Below, in pieces: positions 1 to 9,346 of a stretch of DNA of 47,778 bases (positions within the stretch are counted from its first letter, which is position 1; each line of letters starts with the position of its first letter). Origin of the DNA: a bacterium (GTDB lineage: Bacteria; Hinthialibacterota; Hinthialibacteria; Hinthialibacterales; Hinthialibacteraceae); NCBI GenBank assembly GCA_963663405.2, contig CAXXSM010000082.1, positions 1 through 47,778 on the forward strand, in the 5' to 3' direction. The notes beneath the pieces are model-generated. The model saw nothing but the letters and a program-made list of their open reading frames with translations, did no database searches and was not told the origin of the DNA. The position numbers and the translations under genes are program-made.

Positions 1-2
1 TT

Positions 3-1637
3 GAGCCGGAAGGTGTTCGTGAGGAGATTCTCCACAATGGCACACTCAAGGATGCGACGGAAGCCGTTATCGATCTAACGATTCAACCCATTATCTTCCG
101 GGAAGAGGAAGGAACCGAAGATGACACAACGGTTTTACCTCCCATATATCCTGAGATCGTGCCCGATTCCGAACGGTTCCGAATTGCGGTCACTCCCAGC
201 CTTGTGGGACAGACTATGGATGGATTGGACGATCTGCTTGGGATGCCGTATGGATGCGGCGAACAGAATATGATCTTCATGGCGCCGGACGTTGAAATCC
301 TTCGTTATTTGAAAGCCATCAACAGCCTCGCTCCCGAAATCCGCGCCAAAGTGGAATATTACATCACGGTTGGTTATCAACGGGAATTGACCTACCGCCA
401 CAGCGATGGTTCTTTCTCCGCTTTTGGTGAATCCGACGATAGCGGGAGTTTGTGGTTGACAGCGTTTGTGTTAAGCACGTTCAGCAACGCGCGTGAAATC
501 CGGACAATCGACGCCAGCGTGCTTTCCGAAGCCGCCGCGTGGATGATGTCGCACCAGAAGGCTGACGGTTCCTTTGAACCGGTTGGATTCGTCATTCACC
601 AAGAAATGATTGGTGGATCGGAAAACAATTTGGCTCTCAACGCGTTTGTGACGCTCGCGCTTCTCGATTATGGCGAAGCGGATGCGGATGGAGTCAACAA
701 AGCGGTCAATTATCTCGCGAGTCAGATCACGAGTGAAGAGATTGATTCGTACGCGCTGGCCCTGATCACATATGCTTTGACACAAGCCGGTCATCCTGAT
801 GCGGAACAGGCTGTTGATTTGCTTCTCGATCGGGCTTTAATCACCGGCGATGGCATCTATTGGCAGCCGCATTCCATCGAAACGACGGCATACGCCGCGA
901 TGGCCTTATTGGAAGCCGGCAAGATCGAAGCGCAATCCGCGATGCAATGGTTGTCGGCCCAACGGAACGGACTCGGTGGATATAGCAGCACTCAAGATAC
1001 TGTCGTGGCGCTGAAAGCGCTGACGAAAGCCGCCGTGAATCAGAGCCGCGATCTTGACGCCTCTATCGATGTCTTGGTGGATGGGGAAAAAGTACATACA
1101 TTTATTGTCAATGAAGACAATTTTGATGTGCTGCAGTCCCTTGAAGTTGAGACTGCGGAACAAATTACTCTCCAACAGACGGGAACGGGCACGGTCCTGT
1201 ATCAGGTCATGCACGCTTATAACGTGCCCGCCATGCTTGAACCGGTTGGGAATGATTTGATCTTGGAAGTGGAGTATTCCTCCGATCACGTGGCGGTGGA
1301 CGATGTTGTCGACGTGAATGTGACCGTCCAGTATTTTGGCGCCGCTGAGGAAACCGGCATGTCGATCGTTGATGTCTCTGTGCCGACCGGTTTCGAAGTG
1401 GTTTCGGAATCACTCACGAGAGCGCAGGAAATGGAACTGATCAAGCGCATCGAACAAGCGGGGCGTAAAGTCATATTCTATGTGGATAAATTGATCAAAG
1501 AAAAAACGCTGGAATTCAGTTTCCAAGTGAAGGCTCTCTATCCGGTGAAAGCGAACAGCGGAGCGAGTTCGGCTTATCTGTATTACGATCCTGATTCCAA
1601 AGCGAACACAGGAGGAATCGAACTGGTCATCGAATAA
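3..1637 (+). CDS. Alpha-2-macroglobulin / thioester-containing protein, C-terminal part (TED + receptor-binding domain); 5' end lies outside the window
   Basis: Frame is open from nt 3 (EPEGVREE..., matching the A2M V.PEG motif). It contains MPYGCGEQNM (thioester motif, nt 252-266), YQRELTYRHSDGSFSAFG, SLWLTAFV, GGYSSTQDTVVAL and a receptor-domain-like GMSIVDVSVPTGF...YLYYDP. Confidence 0.93.
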   Translation, partial: EPEGVREEILHNGTLKDATEAVIDLTIQPIIFREEEGTEDDTTVLPPIYPEIVPDSERFRIAVTPSLVGQTMDGLDDLLGMPYGCGEQNMIFMAPDVEILRYLKAINSLAPEIRAKVEYYITVGYQRELTYRHSDGSFSAFGESDDSGSLWLTAFVLSTFSNAREIRTIDASVLSEAAAWMMSHQKADGSFEPVGFVIHQEMIGGSENNLALNAFVTLALLDYGEADADGVNKAVNYLASQITSEEIDSYALALITYALTQAGHPDAEQAVDLLLDRALITGDGIYWQPHSIETTAYAAMALLEAGKIEAQSAMQWLSAQRNGLGGYSSTQDTVVALKALTKAAVNQSRDLDASIDVLVDGEKVHTFIVNEDNFDVLQSLEVETAEQITLQQTGTGTVLYQVMHAYNVPAMLEPVGNDLILEVEYSSDHVAVDDVVDVNVTVQYFGAAEETGMSIVDVSVPTGFEVVSESLTRAQEMELIKRIEQAGRKVIFYVDKLIKEKTLEFSFQVKALYPVKANSGASSAYLYYDPDSKANTGGIELVIE

Positions 1638-1666
1638 ATCACGATCAACGTATTAAATAGTCAAAC

Positions 1667-1705
1667 GGGAAAGGGGCGCCGGGGGTGGTGTCCCTTTCCC
1701 TTTTT
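1667..1705 (+). terminator. Rho-independent terminator after the A2M gene
   Basis: GGGAAAGGGGCGCC-N6-GGTGTCCCTTTCCC stem (two G-U pairs) followed by TTTTT. Confidence 0.85.
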
Positions 1706-1881
1706 CATTTGTGTTCTCAATCATGATGGTTTATGTGAATGGGGAAATTAGAAAATGTAGAAATCAAAAAAAATAATCTAGGGATATTTAAATATTATAA
1801 AAGTATTATAATCATGTTTGAAATTCATTTTCTGGCATTTATATTATTTATTTTCCCTATTGGGGAGGAAGGTGGAAGATT

Positions 1882-2502
1882 ATGCAGAATGTAAGAGGAA
1901 AAGGCGCGTTTACGTTGATTGAGTTGTTAATAGTCGTTGCGATTATTGGAATCCTCGCGGCGATCGCAGTGCCGAATTTCTTAAATGCGCAGGTCAGAGC
2001 GAAAGTTGCGCGGTGTGTATCGGATATGAAGTCCCTTTCGACCGCGCTGGAGATGTACAAGCTGGATAACAATGATTATCCAAGCAGTAGTATGGCGCGT
2101 GTGCCGGGCAGTGGAGACTATTATCATCCGAATGAAATTCGCTTTTACCGGATGACGACCCCTGTCGCTTATATCTCTTCCGTGCCACACGATCCATTCG
2201 CCACGTATATGAATCAGGCTGATTATGCGCAATGGGGATGGGCGTATGATTACGTCAATAATTTTAACGGAAACCACGACGGCGGTTGGGGACATGTTTG
2301 GCGGATTAACAGCTGGGGCCCGGACAACGAGAACAACTGGGGCGGTCAGCGGGAAGGTGGAGTTTGTATTGGCGGCGTTGGAGGCACGCCGAACTTTGTT
2401 TACCAAACCTCCAATGGACTCACCAGTTATGGAGACATTGTCTGGGTTGGCGCAAAAGACAGCCAATCGACAAACTACTGCAATATCCAAAACGGCGTTT
2501 GA
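1882..2502 (+). CDS. Prepilin-type N-terminal cleavage/methylation domain protein (GspG/pseudopilin-like)
   Basis: KGA/FTLIELLIVVAIIGILAAIAVPNF class III signal with E5, then A..RAKVAR..SDMKSLSTALEMY..DN..YP and SWGPD motifs; GGAGG RBS upstream. Confidence 0.9.
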   Translation: MQNVRGKGAFTLIELLIVVAIIGILAAIAVPNFLNAQVRAKVARCVSDMKSLSTALEMYKLDNNDYPSSSMARVPGSGDYYHPNEIRFYRMTTPVAYISSVPHDPFATYMNQADYAQWGWAYDYVNNFNGNHDGGWGHVWRINSWGPDNENNWGGQREGGVCIGGVGGTPNFVYQTSNGLTSYGDIVWVGAKDSQSTNYCNIQNGV

Positions 2503-2586
2503 TTTCGATTGGAAAACACTGTTTTTATAGATAGGAACCACTTGGGGCGCAGACATTCGCGCCCCATTTATTTCTACATGTACTTG

Positions 2587-3255
2587 ATGCCTAGCGTTCC
2601 TGATTTGCTGAAAATATACCACACGCTCCTCTCCTTTTTCGGTCATCGCAACTGGTGGCCGGGAGATACCCGCATTGAAATCATCCTCGGCGCTATCCTT
2701 ACCCAGAACACCGCATGGAAGAATGTGGAAAAAGCGATCGCCAATCTCAAGAACGAACGTGTTCTTTCCTATAAAGGAATGAAAAATATTTCGAGGGAAC
2801 GGCTCGCAGAATTGATCCATCCATCCGGTTACTACAACCAAAAAGCGCTGAAAATTAAGAATTTCATCACGTTTCTTGAGGATCATTACGCGGGGAATCT
2901 CTCACGGATGTTTCAAGAAGAGACGGCCACGCTGCGGGAAAAATTGCTTGGAGTAAATGGTATCGGCCCGGAGACTGCGGATTCAATCTTACTCTATGCG
3001 GGAGAACATCCGGTTTTTGTCGTCGATCTATACACATATCGGGTGGCGAGCCGGCACGGTTGGGTGGATGAAGAGATTGATTACGATGGATTACAGGCGT
3101 ACTTTATAGAACGGCTTCCTCCGGAGATTGATCTATATAAAGATTTCCACGCGCAGATCGTCGCCGTTGGAAACATGTTCTGCCGCAAAACGCCAAACTG
3201 TGGCCCATGCCCTCTGAATGTGGATCGAGTAGATAAGGATATTGGATGTAGTTAA
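2587..3255 (+). CDS. Endonuclease III-related HhH-GPD DNA glycosylase
   Basis: WWPGDT, EIILGAILTQNTAWKNVEKAI, HhH LLGVNGIGPETADSILLYA, FVVDLYTYR, C-terminal CRKTPNCGPC. Start moved to ATG 2587 from the computed 2509. Confidence 0.88.
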   Translation: MPSVPDLLKIYHTLLSFFGHRNWWPGDTRIEIILGAILTQNTAWKNVEKAIANLKNERVLSYKGMKNISRERLAELIHPSGYYNQKALKIKNFITFLEDHYAGNLSRMFQEETATLREKLLGVNGIGPETADSILLYAGEHPVFVVDLYTYRVASRHGWVDEEIDYDGLQAYFIERLPPEIDLYKDFHAQIVAVGNMFCRKTPNCGPCPLNVDRVDKDIGCS

Positions 3256-3290
3256 GTTCTGTTTGAAAAATAGAAAATGGGAGGCTATCA

Positions 3291-4907
3291 ATGAAACGGC
3301 GCCAATTCTTGAAATTCACTGCGGCGGGAATCGGAATCGCTTCCGTTACTGGTTGCGGAAGCATAAAACAGACGATTCAGAATCAACAGGGAAAGACTCC
3401 AAACAAACGTCCCAATATCCTGTTCTGCATCGCGGATGACGCGTCCTATCCACATATGGGCGCGTATGGATGCTCATGGGTCAATACTCCCGCGTTTGAC
3501 CGAGTGGCGAATGAAGGCGTTCTGTTCACACGCGCCTATACCCCAAACGCGAAATGTTCCCCTTCCCGCGCCTGTATTTTAACGGGTCGTAATTCCTGGC
3601 AGTTGGAAGAGGCGGCGAATCATATCCCTTATTTCCCTGCTAAATTCCGGACCTATCCAGAAATTTTGACGAATTATGGATATCACGTAGGCTATACAGG
3701 AAAAGGCTGGGCGCCCGGTGAACCAGGTAAGATCGATGGGCGCCCCAGGAATTTAACCGGAACTCCCTATCACAATTATGAAATGAAACCACCCGCAAAG
3801 TACATTTCCCAAAAAGATTACGCGGCCAACTTCCACGATTTTCTAAATCATAAAGAAGACGGTCAACCGTTCTGTTTTTGGTATGGCGGTCATGAACCGC
3901 ACCGAAGATATGAATTCAAAGCGGGTATCAACAAGGGAGGGAAGAAAACAACCGATGTGGATCGGGTCTTCTCCTTCTGGCCTGATAATGAAACCGTGCG
4001 TACAGATATGCTCGACTACGCGTATGAGGTGGAGTATTTCGACCAACATCTTCAGCAGATGCTCGATCTCCTGGAAGAACGTGGTGAATTGGACAACACA
4101 TTGGTCGTTGTCACGGCGGATAATGGGATGCCATTTCCACGAATCAAAGGGCAGGAATATGAATATTCAAACCATCTTCCTCTCGCTGTCATGTGGAAGG
4201 ATGGGATTCAAAAAACGGGGAGAACCGTCGATGATTATGTCAGCTTCATTGATTTTGCTCCCACGTTTCTCGAACTGGCGGGTGTTGATGAAAAAGCGAG
4301 CGGGATGGCGCCGGTGGAAGGGAAAAGCCTGACGGATATTCTTTATTCCGCGAAATCGGGGAGAGTGAATCCGGACCGGGATCATGTTTTGATCGGCAAA
4401 GAACGCCACGATGTGGGCCGTCCCCATGATTGGGGGTATCCCATTCGAGGGATTGTAAAAGATGATTTCTTGTACATTCAGAATTTTGAATCATCACGAT
4501 GGCCGTCGGGGAATCCTGAAACGGGGTACTTGAACTGCGACGGCAGTCCCACGAAAACAGTATGTCTTCAATCCAGAAAGAACGAAAAGACCCATCAGTA
4601 TTGGAAATGGGCGTTTGGGAAACGGCCGGAAGAAGAATTATACCGGATCGATCAAGATCCAGATTGTGTGACCAATCTGGCGGCGAATCCGGAATATCAG
4701 CATCTAAAAAGCCGTATGAAAAACCAGTTGTTCCAAGAATTGAAACGGCAGGGGGATCCACGAATGTTTGGGAAAGGAGATGTGTTCGATCGATACATCT
4801 ACGCCGATGATACAACACGCGGTTTTTACGAACGCTTTCAAAAAGGGGAATCCCTCAAAGCCGGTTGGGTTAATCCAACGGATTTTGAGAAAGTGTTTGT
4901 TAAATGA
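3291..4907 (+). CDS. Formylglycine-dependent sulfatase (S1), Tat-exported; N-sulfoglucosamine sulfohydrolase-like
   Basis: Tat signal MKRRQFLK; [11 protein letters not shown]; CSPSRA (CxPxR) signature; YTGKGW; TADNG. Confidence 0.92.
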   Translation: MKRRQFLKFTAAGIGIASVTGCGSIKQTIQNQQGKTPNKRPNILFCIADDASYPHMGAYGCSWVNTPAFDRVANEGVLFTRAYTPNAKCSPSRACILTGRNSWQLEEAANHIPYFPAKFRTYPEILTNYGYHVGYTGKGWAPGEPGKIDGRPRNLTGTPYHNYEMKPPAKYISQKDYAANFHDFLNHKEDGQPFCFWYGGHEPHRRYEFKAGINKGGKKTTDVDRVFSFWPDNETVRTDMLDYAYEVEYFDQHLQQMLDLLEERGELDNTLVVVTADNGMPFPRIKGQEYEYSNHLPLAVMWKDGIQKTGRTVDDYVSFIDFAPTFLELAGVDEKASGMAPVEGKSLTDILYSAKSGRVNPDRDHVLIGKERHDVGRPHDWGYPIRGIVKDDFLYIQNFESSRWPSGNPETGYLNCDGSPTKTVCLQSRKNEKTHQYWKWAFGKRPEEELYRIDQDPDCVTNLAANPEYQHLKSRMKNQLFQELKRQGDPRMFGKGDVFDRYIYADDTTRGFYERFQKGESLKAGWVNPTDFEKVFVK

Positions 4908-5088
4908 AAGAACCGCTTTTCTTGTAGCGAAGGGTAAGCGCTTGTTTGGCTCTTAAGACTATGTTTTTCTTCTGCCTTTGCGTAACCTTATCCATCAATC
5001 CCCTTGAAAATGAAGAAATCTTGATTCACGATTAAAATGAATTAATAAATTTTTTTTGTGAACCGATACTTTCGGTATTAAATCATGA

Positions 5089-5871
5089 GTGGGGAATAGT
5101 ATTTTCAATATGGCGCCGGATCGAAAAGAATGCTGGAGTGATTGGCTGACGGGATGGGCGTATCAGTATCAACAGGTGGCGGAACCGTATCAAGAACTTC
5201 TGGATGACACGATAGGCATGATCCAGATCAAACCGGAATCCCATTTGGTTGATATCGGTTGTGGAAGCGGCGCTCTTTTGGATCGAACATTACACTATTT
5301 TGGGGATTCAATTACGTCTTTCACAGCCGCGGATTGCAACGTGTTCGCGTTGGATCGAGCGAAGAAACTGGTTGAATCCAAGTATCCAAACCACGCCGGC
5401 GGCGGCCGGTATGAAACCGTTGATATCAGTCATGGATTCAATCTCGAAAAAGAAAACAGCGTCGATTTAGCGATCTCCGGATTGGCGCTCCAATACGCGG
5501 AGCATTTTGATGGAGAAAAATGGACGCGCCAAGCCTATCAAAACCTTCTGTCCGATATTTGGAAAACGCTGAAACCCGGTGGGCAATTGGTTTATTCTGT
5601 GAACGTGCCTTCACCTGATTCCAAATTGATCGCCAAACGATCATTGAAGGCCATCTTTCTCAGTTGGAAAGTCCTTGTCAACATCGCCGCCGCAATCATC
5701 ATGCTGCGCCAGACAAAACCCGTACGGGAATGGGCGGAGAAAGGCCGGTTTCACTTTCTGCCCATTGAAGAGATTCTTCCCATGTTGGAAACCGCTGGAT
5801 TCATCAATCTCGAATACAAGCTTTCCTACGCTGGGCAAGCGTATGTCATTTCCGCATTTAAAAGCGAGTGA
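5089..5871 (+). CDS. Class I SAM-dependent methyltransferase
   Basis: Motif I LVDIGCGSG, VDLAISGLALQY, LKPGGQLVYS. Confidence 0.85.
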   Translation: MGNSIFNMAPDRKECWSDWLTGWAYQYQQVAEPYQELLDDTIGMIQIKPESHLVDIGCGSGALLDRTLHYFGDSITSFTAADCNVFALDRAKKLVESKYPNHAGGGRYETVDISHGFNLEKENSVDLAISGLALQYAEHFDGEKWTRQAYQNLLSDIWKTLKPGGQLVYSVNVPSPDSKLIAKRSLKAIFLSWKVLVNIAAAIIMLRQTKPVREWAEKGRFHFLPIEEILPMLETAGFINLEYKLSYAGQAYVISAFKSE

Positions 5872-5914
5872 CGCTGGCGCCTCGCTTGAATCCCTATAAA
5901 GGAGATAGAGACCC

Positions 5915-7102
5915 ATGAACCAGGAGAACCGGCCGGCGCCTTTGCCGAAAATCTCGGTGGCGGAGACGGAGGAAGAACGCCATGCGATCTATGAATTGAG
6001 CTACCGGGTGTTTATCGAAGAGATGGGATTGACCTTCGATGAAGCGGACAACGAAAAGAAACGCATTCAAGACGAATTGGATGAGACCGCCGTTCATCTC
6101 TTCCAAAAAACCGAAGACGGAAAAATCGTCGCCGCCATGCGTTTGAATTTCGGAGGAGACGCGCCGATTTCTGATATGCTGAAGGAAATCTTCTCCCTTG
6201 AGCGGTTTCGGTATTTTCCGGAGGATACGTTCTCCTTTGGCTCACGGTTAATTGTTGAACCCAGCTGGAGAGGCGATTCCGTCTTGGGAAGGTTGGTCTG
6301 CGCCGCCTATGACAAGGCGAGAGAACGGGATTCTCAATTTAACTTCGTCTTCTGCGCGCCGGGCCTTTTGCATATGTATGAGTGTTTGGGTTACCGGCGT
6401 TATAAAGGAAACATTGATCGGCCCGATCTTGGCTATTGCGTTCCACTTGTGCTGATAATGGAAGATAAGAAACATCTGCGCGCTGTAGGATCTCCCTTCT
6501 ACCGGTCGTGCCGTAAATTGGAAAACAGTCCAAAAGCGGCCGAGTGGTTCGAAGAAAAATTCCCTGGCTACGTAGGTTTTATCAACCAACGGACGATGGA
6601 TACGGAAGATATGTGGCTGTTAATGAGCCAACGTCTTCATTCGAAGGATGTGCCCTTGCTGCGTGATCTCACGGAAGAAGAGTCGAAAAAGTTCATGACC
6701 GCCGCTTCTGTGCTGCATTGCCGAAAAGGGGATTGGATTCTGCGGGAAGGCGATTCCGGGATCGAAATGTTTGTGATCCTCTCCGGCGCGGTAGAAGTGC
6801 GCACGCGGGTTGGCGAACAACGTATCTCTTTACGGACATTTGGAAAGGGTGAAATTTTTGGAGAAATCGCGTTTCTTACAAAAAAGGTCCGTTCCGCCAA
6901 TGTCGTTGCTCTTACGGAACTTGAACTACTGATCATCACCAAACCGTTTTTGCAGAAAATTATGAAAAATATGCCGGACATCGCCGCCAAGATCCTCTAC
7001 AATCTCTCGATCATTCTCAGTGAGCGATTAATGATGTCCACGAAACAATGGGTTCTAGCCATTCACGAGAGTAAACTTTCCGACCGCGCTTCTCTAGACT
7101 GA
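5915..7102 (+). CDS. GNAT (FeeM/LuxI-like acyltransferase) fused to a C-terminal cyclic-nucleotide-binding domain
   Basis: N-domain: IYELSYRVFIEEMG, DELDETAVHL, AAMRLN, SRLIV, YECLGYRRY. C-domain: ILREGDSGIEMFVILSGAVEV and phosphate-binding cassette FGEIAFL....RSANVVA. Confidence 0.82.
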   Translation: MNQENRPAPLPKISVAETEEERHAIYELSYRVFIEEMGLTFDEADNEKKRIQDELDETAVHLFQKTEDGKIVAAMRLNFGGDAPISDMLKEIFSLERFRYFPEDTFSFGSRLIVEPSWRGDSVLGRLVCAAYDKARERDSQFNFVFCAPGLLHMYECLGYRRYKGNIDRPDLGYCVPLVLIMEDKKHLRAVGSPFYRSCRKLENSPKAAEWFEEKFPGYVGFINQRTMDTEDMWLLMSQRLHSKDVPLLRDLTEEESKKFMTAASVLHCRKGDWILREGDSGIEMFVILSGAVEVRTRVGEQRISLRTFGKGEIFGEIAFLTKKVRSANVVALTELELLIITKPFLQKIMKNMPDIAAKILYNLSIILSERLMMSTKQWVLAIHESKLSDRASLD

Positions 7103-7119
7103 ACGCTTATCCTCACCAC

Positions 7120-8478
7120 TCAATGATCTAACCATGTTTCACACGCTGTGACGCTGTTAACCTGAATTGATCCTAAAATAAACGCGCCGTTCAGTTCAAC
7201 TCCATTATTGGCGAATTGGACGGCGGGGCCTTGCGAACTGGGATCAGGGATGCGCAGCCCGATGCGAAATGTCTCCATCCCGGACACGTCCGGCGCTTGG
7301 ATAGAGAGATTGTATTCATGTTCTCCTGGAAGCCATTGGGTAATATCAACCTCACTCGTTTCGATTCGTTTCTCTATCTCTTCACCATCAAACCATACCA
7401 CCTCAAGAGGCCAGGAGTAATAAAACGGCGCTACACCGGTATTGCTCACAACCAATTGCAGATTTGCTGTTCCTCCGCTTTCCATCTCTGCAGGAATCGA
7501 CGCGTTTCGAAGGACGAACCGGTAGCCCATCAACCGCAGCATCCGGTCCAAGTTCTTCTGATGTTCCGCATTCTTTACGCGAATATCGCCACCTGCGGGA
7601 CCGAGATGAGAGAAATGTCCCTCCTGGATCAGTCGCAGACATTCTTCCGGCTGTTCAATCGTATCGGTTGTAGCTCCCTCGTCTCCCCCGCAAAATTCTC
7701 CGCCGTATGGTTGAGTTTGCCAGACATTTTCCGCCTTCGCCGACCGGATCCGGCTGAAGAAATACCAATCTTCCGGGCCTTCCGTTTCAGACATAAAGCA
7801 ATCGTCCCGGTAGCCGAATGGCCGCTGGGCGGTCCATAATGTTGGATACCGCAGCATCATTTTCTTGTGGGGGAACGCGTCGAGAAACGCTTCCATCACT
7901 TCCCGTTGCACGCGTTGAGAGGCGAATAGTTCTTCACGGGGATAGGTATGCCATTCCCCCCAGTGCCCTAAAATCCCCACATCGAGAAACGCCACTCGTG
8001 GATCGTCATCGTATCGTTCGCCCAACGCTGCGATCAATTTTTTTACTTTTTCCAGAAGGAGAGGATTCTCGTAATCCGGAGACCACCCGCCGCCGTATTC
8101 ATCGTATTCCGTTGTTTCAAGCCCCGCGTCCAACAGCCATTGCGGAACACCTATAGAACGGCCGGGATAATCCAAATACACCCGGAAGATCGCTTTCATC
8201 CCTCTCTCAATCCACGGCTGCCAAACCTCTGTTTCCCAGGATTCAAAATCGTACTGCCCTTCCACCGGCTCCAATTTCCGCCAACTCCGGTATGAAAAAA
8301 AGAGGCTCGCAGGCTGGGGCGGCTCAAAGTAATCCTCCCCCCAAACCACCCACCCTTTCAGCGGATTGGCGAAGGCTTCCTCTCGTTCTGTGTAAGATAT
8401 TTTTTGCGCCTCACCCAAAGCGGAATGAAACGGAGAGATGATGAGAAGAGAAACGATTGAAAGTGTGATTCGATTCAT
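7120..8478 (-). CDS. Secreted DUF4832-type glycoside-hydrolase-like (GH42-like TIM barrel) protein
   Basis: Signal peptide MNRITLSIVSLL...; NPLKGW, WRKLEPVEGQYDF, ALGERYDDDPRVAFLDVGILGHWGEWH, MGYRFVL, NTGVAPFYYSWP. Confidence 0.78.
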   Translation of the reverse strand: MNRITLSIVSLLIISPFHSALGEAQKISYTEREEAFANPLKGWVVWGEDYFEPPQPASLFFSYRSWRKLEPVEGQYDFESWETEVWQPWIERGMKAIFRVYLDYPGRSIGVPQWLLDAGLETTEYDEYGGGWSPDYENPLLLEKVKKLIAALGERYDDDPRVAFLDVGILGHWGEWHTYPREELFASQRVQREVMEAFLDAFPHKKMMLRYPTLWTAQRPFGYRDDCFMSETEGPEDWYFFSRIRSAKAENVWQTQPYGGEFCGGDEGATTDTIEQPEECLRLIQEGHFSHLGPAGGDIRVKNAEHQKNLDRMLRLMGYRFVLRNASIPAEMESGGTANLQLVVSNTGVAPFYYSWPLEVVWFDGEEIEKRIETSEVDITQWLPGEHEYNLSIQAPDVSGMETFRIGLRIPDPSSQGPAVQFANNGVELNGAFILGSIQVNSVTACETWLDH

Positions 8479-8614
8479 GGTTTTTATTCCTTGGATCCCA
8501 GACATTGAGAAGTTATTTGATGATCGGAATGGAACATTTATTTAAAGAAACAGCCAATGAATCTAGAATTGCTTGAGTGGAATGTGGTTTTTGGTATCGC
8601 GCAAGTTGATTGAT

Positions 8615-8929
8615 TTAGTGGTGTTGATCAACTAGATCAACCGACAATTGCAGTCCGATGTCTCGGAGAATTAAATCGAGTGTCTCTAGTCGTGGATTTC
8701 CTTCCTCTGAAATGGTTTTGTACAGTGAACTGGTAGGTTTTTCTGTACGCTTTGAAAGTTCAACAATTCCGCCACGAGCGTCTACAACATTGCGCAAAGC
8801 CCGCAGAAACGCCGCCCGGTTCCCGTCTTTCCGGGTTTCCTCCAAAGAAATACGTAAATATTCTCTAGCTTGTTCCGGATCTTTTAGAAGTTCAAGTTCT
8901 ATCTCTCTGAAAGGTTTTGATCGTTTCAT
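8615..8929 (-). CDS. Addiction-module antidote (HI1420-like HTH antitoxin)
   Basis: LKDPEQAREYL..., FLRALRNVVDARGG, SLYKTISEEGNPRLETL. ATG 8929 sits just after the toxin stop, with GAGG upstream. Confidence 0.88.
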   Translation of the reverse strand: MKRSKPFREIELELLKDPEQAREYLRISLEETRKDGNRAAFLRALRNVVDARGGIVELSKRTEKPTSSLYKTISEEGNPRLETLDLILRDIGLQLSVDLVDQHH

Positions 8930-8930
8930 A

Positions 8931-9263
8931 TCATGCCTCATTATAATCATTCCAATATTCCAGTGCCTTTTTGATATCCTGTTGTTGGCTTCCTTTGTCA
9001 CCACCACATAACAGCAGAACGATCCGGAATCCAATCCTCCCATAATAAATTCTATAACCAGATCCGAAATGAAATCGCAATTCGCAGATTCCTTCTTGTA
9101 GTGTTTTGCTATCTCCAAAATTACCGTCTCGTATCCTGTTTAGACGCTCAACGACACGTAGTTGTATCGAAGGATCTAGACAATATAGCCATTCCTCAAA
9201 AGGGGATTTCCCTTTCTCATTTACATAGACCTCAATTTCCCATGTTGATGTATTGTCACTCAT
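8931..9263 (-). CDS. RelE/ParE-family addiction-module killer toxin (HI1419-like)
   Basis: GKSPFEEWL, RLNRIRDGNFGDSK, ELRFHFGSGYRIYYG, LLLCGGDKGSQQQDI; toxin-first order. Confidence 0.92.
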   Translation of the reverse strand: MSDNTSTWEIEVYVNEKGKSPFEEWLYCLDPSIQLRVVERLNRIRDGNFGDSKTLQEGICELRFHFGSGYRIYYGRIGFRIVLLLCGGDKGSQQQDIKKALEYWNDYNEA

Positions 9264-9298
9264 TCCATTATAGTGGAATATTGTTGTACTTTTGTCAA
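9262..9298 (-). promoter_or_regulatory. Probable sigma70 promoter (leaderless) with overlapping palindromic operator for the TA operon
   Basis: Minus strand TTGACA-N17-CACTAT-N6-ATG. Near-perfect palindrome ATTCCATTATAGTGGAAT (9262-9279) covers the -10 and start codon. Confidence 0.6.
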
Positions 9299-9346
9299 CT
9301 CTTTTTTTGATCTATATTTGTCTAATTCTATTCTGATTTATGTCTA

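Noticed and set aside
1981-2886. 301-aa minus-strand ORF
   Set aside because: Overlaps two well-supported plus-strand genes; shadow ORF.
3181-3255. Altered 4Fe-4S motif in the EndoIII-like protein (fourth Cys displaced)
   Set aside because: Cluster motifs are often degenerate in this subfamily; nothing further supports novelty.
8930-9118. N-terminal extension of the antitoxin ORF
   Set aside because: Overlaps the toxin gene; homology-like sequence starts at ATG 8929.
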